From contig OZ024747.1 of the NCBI GenBank assembly GCA_964016885.1, positions 10,726,001 to 10,790,000 of the forward strand: DNA of 64,000 nt, read 5' to 3'. Source of the stretch: Eledone cirrhosa. Its lineage: Eukaryota. Under the pieces are notes generated by a model that saw only the letters and a list, made by a program, of their open reading frames with translations, did not search any database and was not told where the DNA came from. The position numbers were made by a program, and so were the translations under genes. Every line of letters begins with the position of its first letter. The stretch's first letter is position 1. This document shows positions 45,883 through 59,809 of this stretch, piece after piece.

Positions 45883-47019
45883 CTGAGTACTTCCTATAGT
45901 ACAGTGGAGATGTCATCCGCGATGGTCAAGCTTTTTTCGGCTGGACGAGAAGAAAAAGATAGCCTAATCTATTCTCACCTGTTATCAGGTGTAGGGAAAT
46001 TAATTTTAACACATACAAATATGTTTAGTACATTATTCGTTATTTTCGCTTACAACCATATATCTCTATTGTTATTCACATCCACAACACCAGCCATCTC
46101 TGTGTTCCTATAACACCATTGATGATGTTTTTTTTCTAGTCAATCTCCTTACCTACAACTATCATGTATCTGTCTATCACCATCTCTCTCCTCTATCACC
46201 CCTTGCTCTTATACCTTTCTCCGACCATACTCGCTATCCTCTCTTGTCTTGGTCCCTCTCTCTGTCTCTCTTATTAGTCTCTTCTTTCAGCTATGGTCCT
46301 TGACAATCTGCAGACATCAAGAGAGGACACGTTAGTCTCAATGGCGATAAAGAAATCTTTGGAGCCGCAATAAAATGCACCTAGTACACTCTGTAAGTAT
46401 TGGGTGTTAGGAAGAGTAAGGCGAAAACGTACTGTGTGAGGTTTTGGTTCTCCCACACGTCGAAACTGATAGAAATTCCAAATAGAAACCAACTTAGACA
46501 GGATGCCAGTGCATCGCAGGTTCAAACCCCCAGCTATTACTGGTACTCTGAGTATACCGCAGCAACGTGAAACGAAATGTTTTGTTCAAGGACACAACAC
46601 ACAGTCTACTCCAGGAATCGAGCCTACGACATTATAATCATAAATCGAATACCTTTACCACTAGACCACTTTTACGTGACAATAAATTGAGCAGAATAAT
46701 AACTAAACAATAGATAGTAATAGTTGATCAATATTCAATAGGTTGTAGTAATAATTTTTTCATCTAATCACAAAATAGGATTAACAAATTATAAATTGAC
46801 AAAGTATAGAATTCTAATATAATATAAAATTTAACATAATTGATTTATCAATAACAGAAATTGATTTATCAATAACAGAAATTGATTTTAAAGAAGTGAA
46901 GCTAAAATTATCTACAGTAAAATAATTGCCTGGCAACCAAAAAGTAAAGCAAAGAGCTATTACTTGGTTCGATCTGCAGAATAACGAGGAAATGGTAAAC
47001 TTTCTTCAAAAACTTAAAG

Positions 47020-47222
47020 TGCGGTGGATTGGCAGTATCGGTAGAGGGTCTGACGCCATGCTTTGCAGCAAAGAGTTACGGCTCTTTATGATCTGAGTTC
47101 AGATCCCGTCGAGGTTGACTTTGCCTTTCATCCTTACGGAGTCGATAAAATAAAGCACCCAAGGGCGGTGCCCCAGCATGGCCTCAGCCGGATGGCTGGA
47201 ACAGGTCAAAGAGTAAAAGAGT
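47020..47222 (+). mobile_element. SINE with main-family head and an alternative 3-prime tail
   Basis: Head and central domain as in the main family, then GGCGGTGCCCCAGCATGGCCTCAG, a tail also seen at about 7109-7160 and 8820-8850. Confidence 0.8.
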
Positions 47223-47811
47223 AATATCTATATAAAAAAAACTCTAGTTTATCTTTATTATCCAATCAAAGTAAAAACGACGTTAGGTATTATAAAACCG
47301 TTTATATCAGGCTGAACGATATTTTGGTGAAGCCCTGGGCTTAGATTACATATTGGAATAGTGTAGCAAGGATGTGCATTTTCTCAGTTAAACATAACTG
47401 GCAACGAAGCTTAGACCTGAAAATGTTCATGGTGGTGTAGCCTAAGTTGGGTTAAAACATGTGATCAGCCATCTTCGTTTAGCCAGAGTAGTAGTTATTT
47501 AAATTGATGTATATGTGAAGTATTGATGTGGTGTGGTAAATAAATATACACATATACACCAGGTCCGAACACAATAGAACCAAACTCCAGTGTGAGTGTG
47601 TGTGTACATACATATACACATATATATACATACACACACGCAAATACGCATAACCACAAATATGCATATATACACACACGCAAATACGCATATACACACA
47701 CACACACACAGAGATATAGAGAGAGAGAGATTATCTGGAAGCCCAGTTAAATATCACTGCCAACTACTTCCAATAAAATGGAAATGAACGGTTATGGGTT
47801 ATTGGTACCTT

Positions 47812-48206
47812 ATAATAATTGTTTGTACTTTTGGCACAAGGCCAGAAATTATCCCAGTGTATTACTGGTACTTTATTTTATCGACCCCGTAAGGAAGAAA
47901 GGCAAAGTTAACCTCGGCGGGAATTGAACTCAGATCGTAAAGGGACGTAACTATGCTGGAAAGCATGTCCGATCCTCTACCGATACTGCCAATTCACCGC
48001 CCAAAGTGTTGATAGAATTAAAACTAATAGAGATAATTGTTTCTACTTTTGGCACAAGGCCAGCAATTACCCAGTGTATTACTGGTACTTTATTTTATCG
48101 ACCCCATAAGGAGGAAAGGCAAAGTAAACCTCGGCGGGATTTGAACTCAGAATGGCAAGGGCTATAACTCTATGCGTCAAAGCATGGCGTCCGACCCTCT
48201 ACCGAT
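47812..48206 (-). mobile_element. Two copies of the main SINE
   Basis: Copies at 47812-48002 and 48032-48206; GTACCTTATAATAAT flanks the pair on both sides. Confidence 0.9.
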
Positions 48207-48624
48207 ATAGTACCTTATAATAATATAAGTTCATCTATATCAAACAATATCATTTGAAACATTTTCTGTTACTAATAAGACAAATTCCTGCAGAGACGTG
48301 GGAAAAGGTGTGTGATGTCCATATAGGCTGTAATATTTCCTTTTACAGATAAACCATACATCTTTTACACACACACACACATACATATATATGTATATAT
48401 ACACATATATACATATGTATGTATACACGTGTGTATAGATATATATAAGACGCAATCATCAACGTTTTTACGTCGATATTTCCATATTTTGAGATATTTT
48501 ACAGCGGAATGCCCTTTCTAACACCAGCTTTTTTAGTCGCTTCTTACGACACTCAGAGATAGGGTGCTAAAAACCATATATATAAAAAGCCGGTGTTAGA
48601 AAGGGCATATATATATATATATAT

Positions 48625-48817
48625 ATATAACGAAGGAGTTGTGGTAAGGAACCAGCTGGACCATAACGCACCAGAGTACTCAATACTTAGGGTAGTAGAG
48701 TGGGTAATAGGAAAATGTATGACCCCCGACTCAAGCCGTTTTGACGGCTATTTCGACGGTCCAGAAATAGCCGTCGAAACGGCTTGAGCTCTGCCGTCGA
48801 GGTCATACATTTTCCTA
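48625..48817 (-). mobile_element. Fold-back element, family A
   Basis: Same tail and inverted arms as 7196-7385; TA flanks. Confidence 0.8.
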
Positions 48818-49973
48818 TATATATATGGAGATCCTACGTTGTAGGTAGACGTGATGTAAACACGACCACTTCCGCCGGTATCCGGAAGTCGCATCAAATG
48901 ACACTACCAATTACTTAGACAGTAGTAAAATGAAAAACGAACGGTACCTGATGTGTATTTGTGTATATGTATATGTGAGTGTGTGTGTGTGTGTGTATAT
49001 ATATATACACACACACACACAAGCGAAAAGTAAACGGAAAACAAAGCAAACAATACAGTACAACGGAGATATATATATTAGTTTAACGGGTTATACAGTA
49101 AGAATAGAGACATCGATTCAGACCGCTACTTTTTCAAGATAGAATGAGAAATAGAAAAATAGAGCTGAGTGAGAAGAGGAAAAAATGAAGGAAAAAAATT
49201 GGTGAAAAAGCACGTTGTTTTCAGTCAGCCAATACACACGCGTGTGTGTCTGTGTGTGTATATAGTTATGTAATAAACAACATAAGACAATTATTTCATT
49301 TACCAAAGGTTTCATGAAGACAGGCGAGCTCGATACACGTCTGTCTTCGTGAAACCTTTGGTAAATGGAATAATTGTCTTATGTTGTTTATTACATAACT
49401 AAATAGCTCTGTAGCTTACATAGAGTACTCTCTTTTCCTTTACCCTTCCTACGGAAATATTATATATATATATATATAAATGTGGTTGGTGCTAGGAAGG
49501 GCATCCAGCTGTAAAATACCTGACCAAATTTACAATCCTCGTCAGAGCAAAGTACGGCGTGGCCAACTCTGGCCTGGACGACCCGTCTAACCCATGCAAG
49601 CATGGAAAAATGGACGCTAGATGGTGGTGATGATGATATATATATATATATATAACTTTGGTGTATTAGATTTTATTCTAGCTTCTCTCTCAGCACAGTC
49701 TTCCTAAATTGCCCTAAACCGCACACTCAACAACCTACAATATTACACACACACGCACATATATATAACACCCCTCACATTGTATTGGGATCACAACACT
49801 AATTTTAAAGATTTCGAGACGAGGTGAACAGGAACTCATTCATATAGTTTACATTATTATACCCCCATTGTATCCTGTGTGGTGGACCCCCATTGTATCC
49901 TGTGTGGTGGTGGTGGGGAGGATGGAGGGAGAGGTGAGCAAAATATAATACACAATACTAAATAAAGACAATT

Positions 49974-50163
49974 ATAATTGTTTCTACTTTAGGCACAAGG
50001 CCAGCAATTACCCAGTGCATTACTGGTACTTTATTTTATCGACCCCGTAAGGATGAAAGGCAAAGTCAACCTCGGCGGGATTTGAACTCAGATCGTAAAG
50101 GGACGTAACTATGCTGGAAAGCAGGGCGTCCGAACCTCTACCGATACTGCCAATCCACCACCC
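49974..50163 (-). mobile_element. Full-length young SINE with target-site duplication
   Basis: TAAAGACAATTATAAT at 49963-49978 and again at 50164-50179. Confidence 0.93.
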
Positions 50164-50479
50164 TAAAGACAATTATAATGATGGTGAATGGTCATAATAA
50201 TGATAAAAGGACGATTTGTTATGTCTTCATTACGTTTATTGAGTAGTGACGCGCGTTTCGCTATTGATCAGCTCAAGGTTCGATCCGTATCGATCTAGCC
50301 CGACTCTGGAATCAAAAGCTCGTCGGACCGCTGTTGTGGTAATGACAGAATGACAGAATATTATCATAATTACACTCTGCTTGGTTCTACACCTCTTTAC
50401 CGACTGGAAACTATGCATCTAGTGGTCACTTGGGTGAACCTACATTAACTGCACGTTACACTCCCTATATATAAATATA

Positions 50480-50544
<65 letters not shown>

Positions 50545-50643
50545 TTATATATACCTGCGCCCATACAAACAAGAAAATATAGACTGACGTTTTACTCCCA
50601 CATACAATACGTTTGTAAATGCGTGTTTATATATATGTGTGCC

Positions 50644-50677
<34 letters not shown>

Positions 50678-50702
50678 CATACACACACACATACACACAC
50701 AC

Positions 50703-50749
<47 letters not shown>

Positions 50750-50807
50750 CAACAGAGAATTACCTCAACATGGCTGCCGAGAACATTTGATGCGAAATAA
50801 TAAACAA

Positions 50808-50870
<63 letters not shown>

Positions 50871-51117
50871 CATATATATACATATACACACATACATATA
50901 TATACATATACACACATACATATATATACACATATATATATATATATATACACATATATATATATATATACACATATATATATATATACACACACATATA
51001 TATATATACGCACACACATATATATATATATACACACACATATATATATATACACATATATATATATACACACACATATATATATATATATATATACACA
51101 CACATATATATATATAT

Positions 51118-51160
<43 letters not shown>

Positions 51161-51554
51161 CATACATACATACATACATACATACATACAGTATATATGT
51201 ATACATATATACATATACATACATATATATACATACATACAGTATATATGTATATATATATACACATACATACAGTAGTGGAAGTTTCTCCTTTCTATCC
51301 CCTTTTCCTCCCTCCCTCTTCTCAAATAAAAATAGACCAAGACAAGGGACCGAACCTAATTCTCACCGCAATATTCCCAGACCTAAGTTGGGGGAACAAC
51401 AGGCAAACAAGACACAATACACGCCATACGTATACTTTCAATAACCATCTGTATGTACATATACCAGTTCCTACTATGTGTGTATATATATATATACACA
51501 CACACACTCGTATCTATGTATTCATACATAAGTTCATTATGTACATAGAGTGCG

Positions 51555-51595
<41 letters not shown>

Positions 51596-51787
51596 AATGA
51601 AAGGTGTAGAAAATATTGTAGCAAAAAGTTAACAGTATTCCATCATATATATATATATATATATAGTTAGCAGTTTGAACGGCAAGAGCTCAGCCGTCGG
51701 GCCCCGACTCTTTCTAATATAGTCACACTCTACTATCTCATAGCATCGAATACTCTGTTGAATAATGTTTTAGATAGTTTAATACTG

Positions 51788-51827
<40 letters not shown>

Positions 51828-51845
51828 CAGTATTAAACTATTTAA

Positions 51846-51890
<45 letters not shown>

Positions 51891-54102
51891 TCAGACACAC
51901 TCGTTTCTATGTATTCGTACATAGTTCGTTATGTATAAGCTATGTATGTAAACACTCGCACCTCTACATTTCCAGTGCTTGGTTTCAATGTGATAAGCGA
52001 CCGAGAAAATTAACGAAACCTCATCACTTGTATATAGTGTCAATATAAGCTACACACATAACTATATCACTATACATAGGTATGCCTACTGTATGGATGT
52101 ATCTACACACAGATCTACATACATACGTACATACATACATACATACATATATACATACATATATATATACAAATCTGTGTGTACACGTATAAACACAAGT
52201 AAACAGTGTATATACATGTCAAATAACAAATCTACTTATGAACGTGTGTATGTCATATATATATATATATATATATATGTGTGTATGTATATATATGTGT
52301 ATATATACACACGCTGCTTTCATTTTTTTCCTCAGTCGTATCTTTTCATGTGTATATTGTACGGTTACATGCATCTCTCTCTCTCTATAGAGAGAGAGAG
52401 AGAGAGATATGCATGTAACCGTACAATATACACATGAAAAGATACGACTGAGAAAAAAAATGAAAGCAGCGTGTCAAGTGATACAGGTTATATACCATAG
52501 AAGCGAACGACTTGCTCGTACAACCGGAGAAATAGCAGCAAAATCTACCTCAAATCAAATACAAATGTATTTTGAAGAAACTGAAGGGACACACACTATA
52601 ATATGATCGATAGGAAAGCATAGGACAATCATATCTAGAGTTGATTTCGTTTATATGTCTATCATTGCCAGGGCTGACCTAGGGCTATATAAATACCGCT
52701 ATCAACAAGGCGATCTATATCTGGCCGTTCGGACCGCAAGAAATAATAACCAAATCTCCCCTAAATCACTTCCGAACATTATATAATATAGACCATGTTT
52801 TTGTCCCCACCTCACCGGCTAAGTTATCGACGGAAGAGCAACTTTCAAGAAATTCAGGGTCTACTTGACTGATGAGTGGAAACAATCTTTTAACAGGAGA
52901 CACTGTCCCATTACTAAAGGTAGACGACGACCAGGGGTCGCGGAAAAACAACTATCACAAGGAATGTCGTTCAACGCTCTAAATGTGTAGAGGGGTGCTT
53001 GCTTACACAGCATCAGTGTAATGGACGGTTGTTTAAAATATGCTGTGAGTACTCTTGGGTCCCAAATAATGTAAGGCAGGGGAGGAAAATCGATAATTTT
53101 TCTAGGTTATCTCCGTTGATTTTTTGGAAAACCAGAATTAGTCGATTAGTTTACATATTGAGACCCCAAACCATCCTATTTATTTTATAACGTATGGTAT
53201 TTCTAGTGATGTCCTCCCCCCCCCCCTATATGATGTTTGTTAATGTCCAAAGAAAATTAATTGTCGCAGGAATGCTACTACCTAAAATAAAATTTCATCG
53301 GAGATAGATTAGGAAATGTTAATGGGAGGGGAGGGGGATTCGAGACCTGGGTGTAGGTGCAATGATCTGAGCTTCTAACTCAGGCGTTGCCCTGTGTGTG
53401 TGTGTGTGTGTGTGGCTCGGGTCATTCAAGCAGGTAGATTATTAGTATAAAATACACAGGTAATATCTGTGGAGAGGTTAGAGTCAAACTGAACCTTAAG
53501 CATAGAGCATAGTTTGAATACACCTGTAACATCGGACACCTGAATATAGTTAGGTAATAAGATGTCCATGTGGTGTACCTGTAATATGCTGGGGTTCACA
53601 CACACATGATTTGTGTACATTACAGGAAGATTTATAGACAGAGTAGGACGATTAAATGAATGGACCTCCGTCTCTTACCGCGGTGAGTGGCTCCAATTGT
53701 TCGATCAACCAAACAGCCTGCTTAAGAAATTAAAGCGCAAGTGACTGAGCATTCCACAGACACGTGTACCCTTAACGTAATTATCAGGGAGATTCAGAGT
53801 GATACAATATGTAATGTGACAAGGCTGGCCCTTTGAATTACAGGTACAGTCCATCTGACAGACTTCCCAAACTATCACCTCTTACCCAATTCCACCCACA
53901 ACCCGAATCTATGGTAAAGAGCATTTTCCCAAGATGCCATAGTGGGTTTCGAACCTGGAACATACGAAGCGAAACATTTAACCATTCAACCATGACGAGT
54001 CCACACGAGGTTCGTTAAAAGACGAATATACACGAAATAGGTTGGCGTGTTAGTCAAAATTACGTGTTGCATATAAAAATGTGTGTGTATGTATGTATAT
54101 CT

Positions 54103-54169
54103 TATTTTATCTGATGAGCACGTACTGTTGAAGTTAGCTCAGTACCTCTGAAATATGTATAATAAAATA
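54103..54169 (+). ncRNA. Minimal type I hammerhead ribozyme motif
   Basis: TATTTTAT-CTGATGA-(stem II with GTACTG/CAGTAC)-GAAA-TATGTA-TA-ATAAAATA, with a perfect 8-bp stem I. Confidence 0.72.
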
Positions 54170-54311
54170 TACTTGATCACAATGAGGTTCTATTTTTGTT
54201 AATATTTTGAATGAATATTAATAACTCCGGAAAACCTGTACTGTTGAGTGCTTCCAATCTATTGTAAAACTAATTCTTTGATTTATTCATTGAACCTTGT
54301 TTAACCTTTAA

Positions 54312-54345
<34 letters not shown>

Positions 54346-54873
54346 TATAAGCCATCAAGGAGACACGGATATATATGTATATATCAGAAATTGAACCAAT
54401 ATTTAAACTAGTTTGACCATTATTCAACAGAATACTCGATACTTGGGTTAGTAGAGTGAGACTATAATTTAGATGAAATATAGATTTATTTATTCAAAGA
54501 TAAATCTTTACTCCGACGCTACTCAGAGTTCCCCAGTATCCTTCTAGACCTCAAGACTATGCTAAGATTGAGCTTTAAGTAAATTAATAAACTTCACTAA
54601 GTGAATTGAGAGCTTTTTTTTCTCTCATTTGGTCAACTATGCGTGTGTGTGTATAAAGTTGAGTCCTGCACAAACTCAAAATATCTGTATATAATATAAG
54701 CATTACATTTGGTCAGATGCTCAAATGTGAGTGTGTGTGTGTATATATATATAGAGAGAGATATATTGTGTTTTATAAATAGAGACATACCCATGAAAAT
54801 CATACCTTATCGGTTGGAAATTCACTGGATAGTGAATATATATATATATATATATATTATAAAACAAACTTTG

Positions 54874-54934
54874 TATTTTATCTGATGAAAGCGTACCAAT
54901 GTTGTCTTGGTACCCTTGAAATATATATAAAATA
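54874..54934 (+). ncRNA. Hammerhead motif, same family as 3228, with a shortened stem III
   Basis: CTGATGA at 54882-54888; stem II AAGCGTACCAA / TTGGTACCCTT; GAAA at 54918-54921. The downstream 90 nt closely match 3285-3375. Confidence 0.62.
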
Positions 54935-55069
54935 AATATGGTTTTATAAATATAGTTTCCATTTAGTTAATATCATTGAATATTTACTCCAGTAAACTGT
55001 TGAGTGCTCTAAATCAGTTATAAACATTTATATTTGTCGGACTTCCAACAAATTAAATATCCCTTCTAC

Positions 55070-55269
<200 letters not shown>

Positions 55270-55671
55270 TTGACGGCTGAGAGAAAGGAATACTCAATAC
55301 CGAAGAAGAGTTTTTAAAAAGATCATTTCATTAAGGTTTAAATAGTGAGTTTTGTTACTCTGGAGTTTCACAGGATCATCCTTGTCCGATCGGCTCACTA
55401 TTTAACTTTAATAAAATGAATACATGCATACATATATATTTGTATATACCCATTGATATTACGATATATATATATATTGACGTTCTAAAACTGAAGTGCT
55501 ATTCATTCATAAAGTATACATACATAAGTCGGCTGAACGTATACATTTTTGTGTGTATAAAAAAAACCACGGCTGAATTTGAATGTATTATATATAGTAT
55601 ATACACATTCAAATATATGTGTATATATATATAATATATATAGTTATGTAATAAACAACATAAGATAATTA

Positions 55672-55732
55672 TTTCATTTACCAGTGGTTTCTTGAAAGCA
55701 AGCAAAATTTGCTTTCAGTCATCAGAATGAAA
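55672..55732 (-). ncRNA. Complete type I hammerhead ribozyme motif
   Basis: TTTCATT-CTGATGA-CTGAAAGCAA(ATTTTGC)TTGCTTTCAA-GAAA-CC(ACT)GG-TA-AATGAAA. All core nucleotides are present; cleavage triplet GUA. Confidence 0.82.
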
Positions 55733-57146
55733 AAATCCTGGTGTATTTATTGACAGTGGATTTTAAAAACAAAAATATAATCTATATGAAAGTGAGGCTG
55801 GAAAAGGAAGGAAAGAAAAAAGAATAAATATAAAAGTAGATAAACACACATGTACACGCACACACATATATACATACATACACACACGACACACACACAC
55901 ATATATATATATATACATGTGTGTGTGTCTGTGTTTATTTCCTAACTTAGCGGCTCGAATAAACACGAAATCGATAGAAAAATATGTAGTGGTTGATATG
56001 AACTAAATCAAGGTGGACCCCCCCCCCCCGTGTGTGTGTGTGTGTGTGTGTATGCGTGTATACATACAACAGCATAACATGCATATAGAGGATAAAAAGT
56101 ATAAGGAATATTTGATTATATTTCTCATATTTAGAATACCGGTAAGAAAGCTCGAGCAAATCTATCGATGTCTCAACCATGACATAACTGGTACCTATTT
56201 GTGTATTATAATAGAACCCACCCCAATCGATTTCTGGAGAGAGTGAATTATTTTTCCTCATTATATTTCGTGTGCTATCAATTAAACTTACCTCCGAATA
56301 TGTTGCAAAGGACTTTTCCCCCGGCAAACGGAAGGGAAACATTTGTCTGATTATTCTGTCACTCCAAGAATCTCTAACAATACGTACAAAACCTCAAATA
56401 TTGTGTGTGTGTGTGAGATAGCATGTGATTAAATCAATCGACGAACAGATATTACTGGTATTTCTTATAGAAAAGCCCTCCCATTTTACCAATGTACCAC
56501 ACTTTGGTAATATTTTTTCCTCATAGTATATATTAATACAATAACGACTTACAAAACGATGGGGAGATTTTAAATATTAATTTTAGTTGCTTCTTAGAAT
56601 GGAAAAACAAAGATCAGAAATGTTGGTGTTAGGGAACAGGCTTAATAGAGGGACAAAATTTAAAGTGAACAGCGGCGGGATTTGAACTAATAACGCAAAG
56701 GACCGTAAATAAACAACACAAGGTATTTTGTCTAACACATACAAATCTGCTGCCAATCCACAGAATTTTCTGTCATTTTATAAAATTTTAAAATCCTTCT
56801 GGCGTCGATAAAATACCAGTCAAGCATCCAGGTCGATATATAATCGATTTTCCAATTCTCTCAAATTGCTGACCCTGTGCCTTAATCAGAAATCATTTTT
56901 TAATAGTTTTTAAGGAAAGACCCTAGTTGCATAACGGGTCTAGACAAGTTTAACACCCACCCCCTTAATTCACAAAAGGTACACACGTGTGTATGTGTAT
57001 ATATATATATAAATATATATTATATATGGTATATACATGGTGTATATATATATATATATATAAATGGCATATACATGGTGTGTGTATATATATGGCATAT
57101 ACATGGTGTGTGTATATATATATATAGTATAGATATATATATAAAT

Positions 57147-57195
<49 letters not shown>

Positions 57196-57403
57196 TGAAA
57201 CAAAATGAAAACGAAATTTCATTTCTCACTCTTAGTATGGCACTTACTTAAATGTAAGTATGCATGTATACGTACATACATATATGTATACAGACGTACA
57301 GTAGCATGCACATATATATATATATATACATATATACATACATATGCATACAGGTACACATACATATATGCACGTATCAGATATATATATATATATATAT
57401 ATG

Positions 57404-57437
<34 letters not shown>

Positions 57438-57557
57438 TGGTGTGTTGTGTGTATGTATCTACACACACACCATGCATTAAACAGTTACTCAGAAAACGAT
57501 AATCCACACGTGAATTGTTTGTTTCTGTTGTGTTGACTGGTGTGAATTAAAACTTAC

Positions 57558-58524
57558 CTGTATTCAGCAAAAGACTCCAGTGGTAAGGGTTACAGCATGT
57601 ATAGTAAGGATCATCTCCATTTCTGCAACAAGGCAACCTCTTCAGTTCCGTGCTCGGTTCAACTTCCGGCCATCGCCACAATTGGCAACAAAGGACGTGC
57701 GCTGCTACCGACCGACGTCCCAGGCGGAGTTCGCCCTTTGGTAGAAGCACACAGTCGGTTGTCTCACCACCTTTACTTTCCACAGACTGAAGTAGGACGT
57801 TTAATTGGGATTCAACTAGTCTTTTCAGCATTGAATGGGACACAGCCTTTAGTTCCATCTCGTCCGTGCACGGTGACACAGATGGCGTTGGTGATGGACA
57901 TGATGATGATGATGATGATGATGAGGATGAAGATGAAGATGATGATGATGATGATGAAGACGATGATGGCGATGACGACGACGGCGACATCCCGTTGTTA
58001 TTGTGGTTAATGTTATTGTTGTTGTGGTGGTGTTGATGATTGCTTTTGTGTTGTTGTTGCTGTTGATGGTTGTTGTGTTCGTGTTGTTCTGTTTGTTGAT
58101 GATGTTGGTCGTGTTGATGGTAGTGGTCGTTGTGTGGCTGGTGCTGAGGTTCGTTTTCCTCGTTTTCATGTAACAGTTCATGCTGTTGTTGTTGGTGGTG
58201 ATGGTGGTGGTAGTGCTGCTGTTTTTGTTCTTGTGGGTCACCAACATTGGCACCCAAACCCGTCCCACAGCAACCGACATTATTGTCACTACCTTCGCCA
58301 CCACCACCACAATTACAGCTCGTGTCCGTGCCACCTGTGCAACAGCAACCAATAGTGCCACCACCGCCGCCGCCGCCTCCTCCTCCACAACAGCAACCAC
58401 CCCCACCCGTGCCCCCACTACCTGTGCCGCCACCGTTTTCAGTCGGACTCGAGGTTTCATTGTGTAAAATGCGATTTTTCCACAAGCGCTTCACAAGGGC
58501 GTTACGTTTAATAGAACGGAACAT
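57558..58524 (-). CDS. Smad6/7: First coding exon of an inhibitory Smad (Smad6/7, Dad-like)
   Basis: Starts MFRSIKRNALVKRLWKNR (human SMAD6 starts MFRSKRSGLVRRLWRSR). Ends in the I-Smad MH1-like region ELKAVSHSMLKRL...SVESKGGETTDCVLLP...LWRWPEV...ELKRLPCC...CCNPYHWSLL, then a canonical CAG/GTAAGT donor (GT at 57557-57556). The exon is 967 nt, phase 1, matching the recalled intron-1 position of vertebrate SMAD6/7. Confidence 0.95.
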
Positions 58525-59809
58525 GAAACATTTGGCTGACCTGTTACAGTAGCGTCTCCATACATAGAACCAGTAGACACGACTGGTCTCCTTGGTGGTG
58601 GGCACGCGATGGTTGATGAACGTGATGGTGGGACTGCGACAACTACCACAGGGAACAGTGGCGACAACAACCACTAAAACACCAACAACAACAGTAGTAG
58701 TTATTATATATATAACAGTTGTTCTTGTAGAAGCTGTAGTGGCTATGGCAGTTAGAAAACACCGACCACCACGACTTGTTTCCTTGATAATGGTGATGGT
58801 GGCGGCGGTAATGGAAGGAGTGGTGGTGGTGGTGAACAGATGTCTGGAAAACGTAATGGTGTGGTGTTGGTTGGTGGACGGGAGGGAGATGTTTGGTGGT
58901 GGTGATGATGTTGATTGTGATGGGTGTTCAACAAACGATATATATGGGATAAGCGTGAGTGTGATGATGATAATGAGGATGATGATGGTGATATTAGGGG
59001 GTGGGTGGGGGTTTAAAGCGAAGACAACAGAGCACAACACAGGCTACCACCACTACTACTACTACTACTACTACACTTGTACCCACCTAAAGATCACCAC
59101 AATATTAACTGGTGGCGATAGTGGTGGTGGCGATAGTGGTGGTGGTGATGATGGTGATGGTGGTAGTGTTAATAGTAGTAGCAGTAGTTGTGGTACTTAA
59201 TAATAAGCTTCTATTGTAATAAATCCTTGTTTCTGAGATATGAAGTGACAGTGGTTGTTGCCGTTCTCATAATATTCATATATAATATATATTTTTATAT
59301 TATATACATGCTCCTTGATATTGTAATACTTGTCTATACATAACATAGCATATAATATATTACATTATATATTGATGTTGGTGTAATGTATATATAATAT
59401 ATAGTGTATTGTGAGCTTATCAAGAAACAGAAAAAGCAAGCATGTTATCTTTTTTGGGGTAATTTTTTTCTTTCCAGTTCTCTGCTAAATTCCATTTTAT
59501 CGCTCCGTAAGGGTAATGATATTGTTGTTGCAGTAGTAACAGTAATACTGATGGTAATAGTACTGCTATTCCAGCTGGTTTCCGATGATAGATAGATCTG
59601 TATATATATGTGTGTGTGTGTGCGTGCGTATATATATATATATAGAGAGAGAGAGAGAAAGAGAGGTGTGTGTATGTATGTATATATATATGTGTGTGTG
59701 TGTATATATATTTTTTCCAGAAAATAATGTTGTTCCTTTGCCTTGACTTGGCTAGGCTCTAGCTTGACTGAATGTTAAGAGTTGGCGGTGTCTATACTAC
59801 TACTACTGT

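Noticed and set aside
52766-52951. Minus-strand ORF with a GTGAGG donor-like site as Smad6/7 exon 2
   Set aside because: The acceptors tested give early stops in phase 1, and there is no PY motif or MH2 similarity.
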